In this document: positions 9,298-17,421 of the stretch, one piece after another
Layout: each line of letters starts with the position of its first letter
How positions within the stretch are numbered: position 1 is the stretch's first letter
From: Mogibacterium sp.
GTDB lineage: Bacteria > Bacillota > Clostridia > Peptostreptococcales > Anaerovoracaceae
Reading direction: 5' to 3'
Assembly (NCBI GenBank): GCA_017505405.1
Contig: JAFVPI010000060.1
Location: 9,573-73,572, forward strand
Length of the DNA stretch: 64,000 nt
Notes under the pieces: generated by a model
Database searches by the model: none
The model's input: only the letters and a program-made list of their open reading frames with translations
Told to the model about the DNA's origin: nothing
Translations under genes and position numbers: made by a program

Positions 9298-10200
9298 TCA
9301 GATGAACCATTCTATCGGGTCTTCAGGACCGAGTTTGTCTGTCGACTTGGCCTGCCCGCTTGGCTTTGTCACTATGGATACTCCGGGCTCGAGCGAGTGT
9401 GTGAGCCATACATTACCGCCGACAACACAGTCATCACCGATTTTTGTATCTCCGCCCAGAATAGTGGCTCCTGCGTATACAACCACCCTGTCGCCCAGGT
9501 CCGGATGGCGCTTGATCCCCTTTACAGGTGTACCGTCCGGCCCGACCGGGAAACTCTTTGCCCCAAGAGTTACATGCTGGTACAGTTTTACATGCTCACC
9601 TATCGTAGTAGTTTCTCCTATGACGACGCCTGTGCCGTGGTCGATAAAGAAATACCTTCCGATAGTAGCGCCGGGATGGATGTCTATGCCTGTGATCTCA
9701 TGCGCCTGCTCTGTCATGACTCTCGGGATCAGCGGAACTCCAAGTTCGTAAAGCTTGTGAGCGATCCGGTATGTGAAGATCGCAATAAAAGCCGGATATG
9801 TCATTATGACCTCATCAAGGCTCTTCGCCGCAGGATCTCCGTCATAGCCGGCCTGTACATCCGTCTTGAGCACTTCAAGGATCTCCGGAAGAGAGTTGAC
9901 CATTGCCTCAACCTTTTCTGTCGCTTCGTCCGGATCCTTGTAAACCAGTTCCACTATCTGTTGAAGGGCGTCGTAGGCGCGCATCAGCTCGTATGTCCTC
10001 TTCTCGATCTCAGCAAACCTCGCACGCGATTTGCCAAAATGATATGGAAACATGGCTCTTTTCAGATGATCCAGAGCTTCTGCAACTTTCTCCTGCATAC
10101 CAAGCAGATGGCCGTCGATAGGTCTGGTGTCTATTTCCGTCATTCTCGTTGCTAGATCTTCGAGGTGTGCAGCTTTAGCCCCTCTGTTTTCCATCATCAT
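9298..10200 (-). CDS. cysE: Serine O-acetyltransferase
   Basis: Hexapeptide-repeat region GIDIHPGATIGRYFFIDHGTGVVIGETTTIG. I chose the start at the ATG cluster MMMENRG (10200), which is preceded by AAGGAGGG. Confidence 0.85.
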   Translation of the reverse strand: MMMENRGAKAAHLEDLATRMTEIDTRPIDGHLLGMQEKVAEALDHLKRAMFPYHFGKSRARFAEIEKRTYELMRAYDALQQIVELVYKDPDEATEKVEAMVNSLPEILEVLKTDVQAGYDGDPAAKSLDEVIMTYPAFIAIFTYRIAHKLYELGVPLIPRVMTEQAHEITGIDIHPGATIGRYFFIDHGTGVVIGETTTIGEHVKLYQHVTLGAKSFPVGPDGTPVKGIKRHPDLGDRVVVYAGATILGGDTKIGDDCVVGGNVWLTHSLEPGVSIVTKPSGQAKSTDKLGPEDPIEWFI

Positions 10201-10226
10201 AGCGGTTCCGCCCTCCTTAAGTTGTT

Positions 10227-10484
10227 TTATGCTTCTGCCAGTGCCTGTCTGAGACCCTTGCACATCTGATCCGCGCATGATGTCTCGCTGACACCGCATC
10301 TGTTGCCTTCGAGCTTCTCTATAACATCCTCAGCTTTCATGCCTCTGATCAGTTTGGATATAGCATTCAGGTTTCCGTTGCACCCTCCCGTAAAGGCAAC
10401 ATCTTTTATCACATCACCGTCGAGTTCTATCTCGATCATTACAGAGCATACGCCCTGCGGATAATACGTCAGTTTTTTTGTCAT
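10227..10484 (-). CDS. Small TSCPD-domain protein (TIGR03905-like)
   Basis: 85 aa with the motifs GGCNGN and TSCADQ. Confidence 0.65.
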   Translation of the reverse strand: MTKKLTYYPQGVCSVMIEIELDGDVIKDVAFTGGCNGNLNAISKLIRGMKAEDVIEKLEGNRCGVSETSCADQMCKGLRQALAEA

Positions 10485-10510
10485 TTCTTTTTCCTGATTA
10501 CTCCTGCATC

Positions 10511-11086
10511 TTACAGTCCGATCTCATCAGCGATGCCTCTCAGTGCTTCGAGGGAGACATCAACGAACTCGTCCCATTCCATGCCTGCCTTCTCTATAAG
10601 GCTCATGAACTGTCTGTTTGCTCCTGCAGCGAAACGGGTCTCCTTGAATCTCTTATTTACGGATTTGTGTTTTACACTGGCGATCTTCTTGTCCGGGTAG
10701 ATCTGTGCTATAGCCTTCAGGAATCCTGACATCGGATCTGCAGCTATAAGAGCGTACTCAAGTTGAGTTTCAGGGTTCTTGCCGCATGCCGGATTGTGTG
10801 CCATGATAGCGTTTTCCATTACCGGATCACCAAAGCCCTCATCTCTGAGGATCTTAGCCGATGTAGGTCCGTGAGTTCCGAAATCATCTCTCCACGGAGC
10901 AGTCTCCTCGTCGAGATCGTGCAGCAGTCCGCAGATGCCCCAGTATTCGACATCTTCAGGTGCCAGCTTCTCTGCAAGTCCTCTCATGATCGCTTCAACA
11001 GCATAGCTGTGAGTGATGTAATTCTCTCCTTTAACGTATTTGTGCAGGAGTTCGTTCGCCTGCTCTCTTGTAAGTTTAGCTTCCAT
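10511..11086 (-). CDS. HD-domain phosphohydrolase
   Basis: H..(28)..GLLHDLD metal-binding pattern; 191 aa. Confidence 0.7.
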   Translation of the reverse strand: MEAKLTREQANELLHKYVKGENYITHSYAVEAIMRGLAEKLAPEDVEYWGICGLLHDLDEETAPWRDDFGTHGPTSAKILRDEGFGDPVMENAIMAHNPACGKNPETQLEYALIAADPMSGFLKAIAQIYPDKKIASVKHKSVNKRFKETRFAAGANRQFMSLIEKAGMEWDEFVDVSLEALRGIADEIGL

Positions 11087-11123
11087 TTGGGGTTATTATC
11101 TCCTTTAACATGTTTTAGTGCTT

Positions 11124-11957
11124 TTATATATCTATCGCCAGGTCCACGACCTCGGCGAAAGTGTCTTTGATGCTTAGTGCCGCTTCGTTTACTTCAGCGC
11201 CTGTCAGCGGTTTATCGAGCACACCTGCCGCCATATTCGACAGGAACGATATGCCTATCACCTCACGTCCGGCATGGTTGGCAATGATCGCCTCAGGAAC
11301 GGTAGACATGCCGACAGCATCAGCGCCGATCGTACGTGCAAACCGGATCTCGGCCGGCGTCTCAAAGCTAGGTCCGGTGAACATGGCATAAACGCCCTCG
11401 CGCAGTTCTATTCCCTTTTCAGACGCGGCAGATCTGAGCTTCTCCCTCAGTTCTCTGTTATAGGTATATGTCATATCCGGGAACCTCGGTCCGAACTCAT
11501 CAAGGTTCCTCCCAATGAGAGGATTATTGCCGGAGAGATTTATGTGATCACTTATGAGCATCAGCTCGCCCGCATTCCATTCAGTGTTTACGCATCCGGC
11601 AGCATTTGTAATGATGAAGCGCCTTACGCCGAGAGAGACCATTACCCTTGCCGGGAACGCCGTCTTATCCATGTCCCTGTTCTCATAATAATGGAACCTG
11701 CCCGCCATGATTATCACACGCTTTCCCTTGTATTTGCCGTAAACGACCTGTCCCCTGTGATCGGACACCAGTCCGGCTTCCATGTTAGGCACATCATTAT
11801 AAGAAATGATAAGCGGATTTTTGATTCTGTCGGCAAAATCATTCAGGCCCGAGCCGAGAATGATCCCTATTTCGGGTTTGAGCACGCCTTTGCCGTAAAG
11901 ATAAACCGCAGCTTCTCTGACCCGCTCACTGAGCGGTCTGGATACGTCTCCTTTCAT
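11124..11957 (-). CDS. Purine nucleoside phosphorylase (trimeric PNP/PunA type)
   Basis: 277 aa with the motifs GSGL, GRFHYYE and VGMSTVPE. Confidence 0.85.
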   Translation of the reverse strand: MKGDVSRPLSERVREAAVYLYGKGVLKPEIGIILGSGLNDFADRIKNPLIISYNDVPNMEAGLVSDHRGQVVYGKYKGKRVIIMAGRFHYYENRDMDKTAFPARVMVSLGVRRFIITNAAGCVNTEWNAGELMLISDHINLSGNNPLIGRNLDEFGPRFPDMTYTYNRELREKLRSAASEKGIELREGVYAMFTGPSFETPAEIRFARTIGADAVGMSTVPEAIIANHAGREVIGISFLSNMAAGVLDKPLTGAEVNEAALSIKDTFAEVVDLAIDI

Positions 11958-11972
11958 TTGTCCTCTCCCCTC

Positions 11973-12410
11973 TTATTTCATTGAATCGATAACCAGCCTG
12001 CGCGCCTCCGCTATGCTGATGCCCTTTTCGCGTGCGATTCGCGCCAGGTCCTCATACTCAGGTTTGCATCTTTCCACTCCGTAACCGCTGACTCTCTTGC
12101 ACCTTACATCACCGAATGCGGTCCTGAGAGTTTCTTCGCTTCTTTCCAGAATGTAGCGTTCGGAAATGAGCTCTCGTATCCCGATCGTTGTGGTGTATCT
12201 GAATATGAGACGCACGAAACGTTCCTTTTCTGCCTCTTCATCTGCGCACATAACTGTCATGAGCGTGGCCGGTCTGCCCTTCTTCATCTGAACGGAAGTA
12301 AGGGTCACATCCTTTGCACCTTCTTCCATCAGTCTTTCTGCGGCAAAGGCCAGCTCCTCCGCAGTCATGTCATCTATATTGCATTTGAATTCACAGATCC
12401 TGTCCTTCAT
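11973..12410 (-). CDS. Stand-alone LarC C-terminal-domain protein (DUF111 C-terminal part)
   Basis: CNIDDMTAEEL..GAKDV..MKKGRPATLMTVMC..TTTIGIRE..CKPEYEDLARIA resembles only the C-terminal third of the nickel-insertion protein LarC. udk ends at 12415, so there is no room for the N-terminal domain. ATG at 12410 preferred over the TTG at 12434. Confidence 0.55.
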   Translation of the reverse strand: MKDRICEFKCNIDDMTAEELAFAAERLMEEGAKDVTLTSVQMKKGRPATLMTVMCADEEAEKERFVRLIFRYTTTIGIRELISERYILERSEETLRTAFGDVRCKRVSGYGVERCKPEYEDLARIAREKGISIAEARRLVIDSMK

Positions 12411-12414
12411 CTTT

Positions 12415-13035
12415 TTAGTATACCTGCCTTGCAAGGTGCGAAAGGATCTTGACCTTTATCACATCGAATACGACATCGTTCATGCCGCTGTTGAGCACGA
12501 TGTCAGCAAGATACTTTGTAGGCTCAACATAGATGTAGTGCATAGGCTTTACAGTAGTCAGATACTGCTGGGCTATGCCCTCCACATCCCTGCCGCGGTA
12601 TTTTACGTCGCGGATCACGCGGCGGAGTATCCTCTCATCGGCATCCGCTTCCACGTATATCTTTATATCAAGCAAGTCTCTCAGTTCTTCGTTCTGCAGC
12701 ACCATTATGCCCTCGACGATGATGACCGGAGACGGCTTTATAGTGACGGTTTCCTTGCTCCTGTTATGGATCGTATAGTCATAAACAGGGCATTCGACGG
12801 GCTCACCGTTTCTGAGCTTTCTGAGATGTTCAATGAAAAGGTCTGTTTCGAAGGCATCCGGATGATCGTAGTTGATCATCTTGCGCTCCTCGAACGGGAC
12901 ATCATCATGAGCCCTGTAATAGTTGTCATAATAGATTACAGTGACTCTGTCGCCGAACTCATCTTTGATACGGTTTGTGAATGTCGATTTACCGGAACCT
13001 GTACCGCCGGCAACACCTATGATCAAGCAATCCAT
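12415..13035 (-). CDS. udk: Uridine kinase
   Basis: P-loop GVAGGTGSGKST, YYDNYY, DHPDAFE. Start at MDCLIIG (13035), preceded by GGAGGGA. Confidence 0.85.
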   Translation of the reverse strand: MDCLIIGVAGGTGSGKSTFTNRIKDEFGDRVTVIYYDNYYRAHDDVPFEERKMINYDHPDAFETDLFIEHLRKLRNGEPVECPVYDYTIHNRSKETVTIKPSPVIIVEGIMVLQNEELRDLLDIKIYVEADADERILRRVIRDVKYRGRDVEGIAQQYLTTVKPMHYIYVEPTKYLADIVLNSGMNDVVFDVIKVKILSHLARQVY

Positions 13036-13137
13036 CAGGATATCCCTCCGATTTTCAACACAAAAAAGACGAAAGCCCATACCCGTTTAATAATATAATT
13101 TTCAGGCAGTCCCGGTCAATGATGAACATTGCCGAAA

Positions 13138-13908
13138 TCAGCGTGAAATGCGCGGACTTCCGTCTATTCTCACCTCATCATACATATCAGACAAAGCTTT
13201 TCTTATCTCACCCTCACGTGCAAGAGCTTCAGCATGCTGGCTCTCCTCTATCTGCACAAGAGCATTGTTTCCTCTCATTCTTACCCTGAAGTCCCTGAAC
13301 CCCATGCCATGAAGGATGCTTTCTGCCCTTTCCGTTTTGCAGAGCTTTTCCTTTGTTATCGTTTCACCTGTCAGTATACGTGTAGCAAGGCATGCATAGG
13401 CAGGTTTGTTCCATGTCGGAAGCCCGGCCTTTTTCGATTCTTTTCTGATCTCTGCTTTTGTAAGACCGCATTCTCTCAATGGCGACCTGATGCCGTATTC
13501 CTGAAGGGCCCTGAACCCCGGCCTGTCGTCTGCATCATCAGAGGCATTGGTCCCGTCACATACAAAATCATATCCGTCAGCCTCAGCTGCTTCCGTTATG
13601 GCACTCATGATGTGCTGCTTGCAGTAATAGCAGCGGTCAGACGGATTGGCAGCGACCTTTTCATCTGAAAGAACATCAGCTTCGATCACACTGAGAACGC
13701 ATCCGGTCATGTCAACAAGCTTTACGGCATCTTCGAATTCAAACTCCGGCTGGAACGCTGACTTCACATAATATGCTTTCACATCCGCTCCCGCTTTCAA
13801 GGCAGCATAGATCAGATATGCCGAATCAACGCCTCCCGAAAAAGCGACTGCGATCCTGTTATTTATTTCAAAAAATTCCTCAAGTTTCATTTTTCCCTGT
13901 TGTTTCAT
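13138..13908 (-). CDS. larE: PP-loop ATP-utilising enzyme, LarE-like sulfur transferase
   Basis: Motifs SGGVDS, RCYYCK, GTNASDDADDRPG and PAYACLATR (candidate sacrificial Cys context). Confidence 0.7.
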   Translation of the reverse strand: MKQQGKMKLEEFFEINNRIAVAFSGGVDSAYLIYAALKAGADVKAYYVKSAFQPEFEFEDAVKLVDMTGCVLSVIEADVLSDEKVAANPSDRCYYCKQHIMSAITEAAEADGYDFVCDGTNASDDADDRPGFRALQEYGIRSPLRECGLTKAEIRKESKKAGLPTWNKPAYACLATRILTGETITKEKLCKTERAESILHGMGFRDFRVRMRGNNALVQIEESQHAEALAREGEIRKALSDMYDEVRIDGSPRISR

Positions 13909-13919
13909 GACAGCGGTCT

Positions 13920-14417
13920 TCAGTAAACCTGGCCCGCGCCCTTTATAACCGTCCAGGCTTCGACCAGCCTGTCAAGTGTCCACTGTGCATTTGCCGGACT
14001 GGTTGACGGCAGACATGTCGCTGCACGTCCGGTCTCAGGTTCTATATATTTGCAGTATAATTCATGGGATTTCCGCCCGTTGCAGTATATCCGCTCTATG
14101 CTGCAGTTATCCAGTATAAGCCCTATGTCATTTACACGTACATTCCTGATACTGGCATCCGATGAACCCGTTATCTCACAGCTTGCGATCGAATCCCAGA
14201 GTGCCATCCCGTTGATAAGTATGAGCTGTTTTTTCTCTTCAATGCTCTCAGGGACCGGCTGGCAGAATATTGCAGCAATGACCTTCCAGAACCTGTTCTG
14301 CGGGTGGCCGTAGAAAAAGTTCTGCTCTCTCGATTTTACAGACGGAAACGAGCCGAGAATAAGTACCCGGCTTCTGTCGCTATATAATGGTCCGAACGGA
14401 TGCTGTAAATAACTCAT
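13920..14417 (-). CDS. UDG-superfamily DNA glycosylase (deoxyinosine/hypoxanthine-DNA glycosylase-like)
   Basis: The pattern LILGSFPSVKSREQNFFYGHPQNRFW resembles family-6 UDGs. The start is uncertain (14417 or 14441). Confidence 0.6.
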   Translation of the reverse strand: MSYLQHPFGPLYSDRSRVLILGSFPSVKSREQNFFYGHPQNRFWKVIAAIFCQPVPESIEEKKQLILINGMALWDSIASCEITGSSDASIRNVRVNDIGLILDNCSIERIYCNGRKSHELYCKYIEPETGRAATCLPSTSPANAQWTLDRLVEAWTVIKGAGQVY

Positions 14418-14576
14418 TTCTTTAATACCCCGGCAATGCATGATGTACCTATGATATCACACATCAGGGTGTTTTTAGCTGTTTATGCCTGCTTTGCGGC
14501 GGATTATTGTTAACCTGCACAAAAAATCAAGGATTTTTTTGTATTATTTTAATACATTAAGATTATCCTAAAGGTA

Positions 14577-14604
14577 TTGCATTTTGTTTTTATATCAGTA
14601 CAAT
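14577..14604 (+). promoter_or_regulatory. Candidate sigma-A promoter with no downstream plus-strand gene
   Basis: TTGCAT (14577-14582), a 16-bp spacer, then TACAAT (14599-14604). Confidence 0.5.
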
Positions 14605-14610
14605 AAAGAC

Positions 14611-14950
14611 AACAAAGAGATAAAGAAAAGCCGGACGGAGTAAAAAAACTAATCGAATGGTGATCCGGCAAAGAAAAGCGCGCAGCGCGCAGAATGCGGA
14701 GGACAGACCAATGGGAGCATTTGAGAAAGGGGCTGTTCCGTTCTAAAGACACTGCAAGGCAGGCCGACTTACAGGCAACCCGAAGGTGACGAATAACGGG
14801 ACACCAAATCATAATCAGCAGATGTGATCGCGGGACAGCCTGAGAACCAGAAAAAACAAAATTCGAAACTGTATTGAAGACATGTACAGCGGAGACACAA
14901 CAGAATATATGATGTTTCGAGGGACGGGTAAAACCGTCCCCTTATTGTTG
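14611..14950 (+). ncRNA. Candidate orphan ~340-nt purine-rich structured RNA, class unknown
   Basis: It lies between the promoter above and the hairpin GGGACGG-GUAAAA-CCGUCCC (14921-14940) followed by CUUAUUGUUG. There is no credible ORF. Local stems: GCCGGA/UCCGGC (14630/14664), GCGCG-CAG-CGCGC (14678-14690), UCGAAAC/GUUUCGA (14863/14914). The 5' CAACAAAGAG (14610-14619) can pair with the 3' CUUAUUGUUG (14941-14950). Confidence 0.4.
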
Positions 14951-14961
14951 CCCGCACAACA

Positions 14962-14996
14962 AAATCCCGCTGCACAGGCAGCGGGATTTCTGTTTT
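14962..14996 (-). terminator. Rho-independent terminator after asd (bidirectional hairpin)
   Basis: 12-bp stem AAAUCCCGCUGC / GCAGCGGGAUUU with U-rich tracts on both strands. Confidence 0.7.
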
Positions 14997-15007
14997 TAGC
15001 TATTTCA

Positions 15008-16042
15008 TTATTTAATGAGCAGTTCTGCGATCTGCACCGCGTTTGTTGCAGCGCCTTTGCGTACCTGATCTCCGCAGCACCACAGATTGATACCGTTCTC
15101 GTTCACCAGATCGCGGCGGATCCTGCCGACATACACGATGTCCTGATTGGATGTAAGTATAGGCATCGGATAGATCTTCTCGGACGGCTCGTCATACAGT
15201 CTGCATCCCGGAGCTTCCATGATGGCCTCTCTTACGTCTGCAAGATCAAGCTTATTTTCTGTGATAACATCAATTGATACTGCGTGTGATCTTTCCACCG
15301 GAACTCTGACGCATGTGCAGCTCACCTTGAGATCAGGCAGATGCATGATCTTACGGCCTTCGTTCTGCAGCTTCATTTCTTCAGATGAGTACAGATTCTC
15401 ACCGAATCCGCCGATCTGAGGGATGACATTGTATGCTATCTGATACTGGAATACCTTTGGCTGGATGTCAGCTCCGTAGGAGTTGCCTTCTCCGCCTGCA
15501 GCCCTTGCCTTCAGCACAGCTTCAGACTGATCATACATCTCCACAGGGCCTGCTGCTCCTGCGCCGCTCGTAGCCTGATATGAAGAAGCATATATTCCCT
15601 CAATTTTTGACAGCTTGTTGATAGCATTGATCGCTACCAGAGAAATGATAGTTGTGCAGTTCGGATTGCTTATGATTCCGTTGTTCCATTTTACGTCCTC
15701 AGGATTGATCTCAGGAACTACCAGCGGAACATCCGGGCAAAGTCTGAATGCAGACGAATTGTCTACGAATACTGCTCCGGCTGCCTTGATGTGAGGGGCC
15801 ATTGCCTCAGCAATATCGTTCTCAGATGCGCCGAGCACGATGTCAAGGCCATCGAATGCAGTCTCGCATGTCCTCTTTATTGTAATATCGCCGAACGGTG
15901 TGCTGAGCACCTTGCCCTCAGATCTTTCACTTGCCAGGCATCTCAGTTCACCTACAGGGAAATTCCTCTCAGCGAGGACCTTGATCATCTGCTGTCCGAC
16001 TGCTCCGGTCGCACCCATTACTCCTACGTTGTACTTTTTCAT
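15008..16042 (-). CDS. asd: Aspartate-semialdehyde dehydrogenase
   Basis: N-terminus VGVMGATGAVG and active-site context NPNCTTI; 344 aa. Confidence 0.92.
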   Translation of the reverse strand: MKKYNVGVMGATGAVGQQMIKVLAERNFPVGELRCLASERSEGKVLSTPFGDITIKRTCETAFDGLDIVLGASENDIAEAMAPHIKAAGAVFVDNSSAFRLCPDVPLVVPEINPEDVKWNNGIISNPNCTTIISLVAINAINKLSKIEGIYASSYQATSGAGAAGPVEMYDQSEAVLKARAAGGEGNSYGADIQPKVFQYQIAYNVIPQIGGFGENLYSSEEMKLQNEGRKIMHLPDLKVSCTCVRVPVERSHAVSIDVITENKLDLADVREAIMEAPGCRLYDEPSEKIYPMPILTSNQDIVYVGRIRRDLVNENGINLWCCGDQVRKGAATNAVQIAELLIK

Positions 16043-16074
16043 GTCTACCCTTCCTTTTCTATGTTGAATCTTAA

Positions 16075-17400
16075 TTATTTAGCAAAGCTTTCATAAAGGA
16101 CGCGTATTGCCCTGTCGAAATCTTCGTCATAAACTCCTACCATTATATTGATCTCATCGGCACACTGCTCTATCGTCCTGATGTTGATCTTGTTCTCTCC
16201 GAGCGTCTTGAATATCTTGCCCGAGATGCCTATCCTGTATGCCATCTGACGGCCTACGATCGCTATCAGGCTGACCCCTTCGGTGAGAGTGCAGTTATCG
16301 ATGCCTTCGAATTCAGACAGCTCCTGCATGAGCTCATGCTTTCTGCTTCCGATGCTTCCGCTCGGGAACACCACTGAGAAGCTGTCGACTCCGCTAGGTA
16401 TCTGCTCTACAGGTATTTCATACTGAGCAAATACTTCGAGCACCTGCCTCAGCAGTCCGAGCTTTTCCTCACCCATTCTGCTCTTATAAATGCTGATGAT
16501 CGAGAAATTGCGTTTTCCGGCTATTCCGGTGATGAATCTTTCGGTTTCTTCCTCGAGCTCATCCTCAAAGTGTTCCCTTATTATGGTGCCCGGATTGTCA
16601 GGTTCGTTCGTATTGCGGATATTGACCGGGATGTCTCTGATCCTTACCGGGAACACTGTGTCCTCATGGAGCACGGATGCTCCCATGTAGCTGAGCTCTC
16701 TCAGTTCGTCAAATGTTACTCTGGCGATGGTCTTAGGGTCTTTCACGATCCTCGGATCCACCATGAGTATGCCTGACACATCAGTCCAGTTTTCATAAAC
16801 ATCGGCGCCCAGATACGCTGCCGCAAGAGCTCCTGTTATATCTGAGCCTCCTCTCGGAAATACACGTATGTCACCGCTCGGCAATGCGCCGTAGAAGCCC
16901 GGAGTCACGATCCTGTCATACTTGCTTTTGAGCTCCCTGAGCTTCTGCTCGGACTTTTCAGCGTTTACTTTTCCATTGTACTCGAAGCACAGCCAGTCGA
17001 CCGCGTCAACGAACTGATATCCGAGATAATCCGCCATAAGTATGGCGCTGAAGTACTCTCCTCTCGAGGCAAGGAAATCGACCGGTGTCCGTTTATCTAC
17101 AGCAGCGAAAGTTTCATCTATTATCGACGCTATGTCAGTCTCAAGACCGCAGCCTTTTTTTATCTCCACATATCTCTTTTTTATCATGGAGAGGACTCCT
17201 TCATAGTCCACTCCATAACGGAGATGCGCATGGGTCAGATAAAGCAGGTCGGTTATCTTGTTGTCATCGCTGTTTCTTTTGCCCGGGGCGGATACTATGA
17301 CCACCTCACGTGAGCTGTCTGATTCTACTATTTCCTTTACCTTAGCGAACTGTGAGCTGTCTGCCAGACTCGATCCGCCGAATTTCAGTACCTTAAGCAT
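16075..17400 (-). CDS. lysC: Aspartate kinase
   Basis: N-terminus VLKFGGSSL and C-terminal ACT repeats; 441 aa. Confidence 0.9.
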   Translation of the reverse strand: MLKVLKFGGSSLADSSQFAKVKEIVESDSSREVVIVSAPGKRNSDDNKITDLLYLTHAHLRYGVDYEGVLSMIKKRYVEIKKGCGLETDIASIIDETFAAVDKRTPVDFLASRGEYFSAILMADYLGYQFVDAVDWLCFEYNGKVNAEKSEQKLRELKSKYDRIVTPGFYGALPSGDIRVFPRGGSDITGALAAAYLGADVYENWTDVSGILMVDPRIVKDPKTIARVTFDELRELSYMGASVLHEDTVFPVRIRDIPVNIRNTNEPDNPGTIIREHFEDELEEETERFITGIAGKRNFSIISIYKSRMGEEKLGLLRQVLEVFAQYEIPVEQIPSGVDSFSVVFPSGSIGSRKHELMQELSEFEGIDNCTLTEGVSLIAIVGRQMAYRIGISGKIFKTLGENKINIRTIEQCADEINIMVGVYDEDFDRAIRVLYESFAK

Positions 17401-17421
17401 CTGTTCTGTTCCCTTCTTTTT

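Noticed and set aside
12367-13098. 243-aa plus-strand ORF
   Set aside because: It is antisense to udk, which has a clear P-loop and RBS.
14694-14789. 31-codon ORF (MRRTDQWEHLRKGLFRSKDTARQADLQATRR) in the orphan transcript
   Set aside because: There is no Shine-Dalgarno sequence upstream. The basic, low-complexity product looks like a by-product of the purine-rich sequence.
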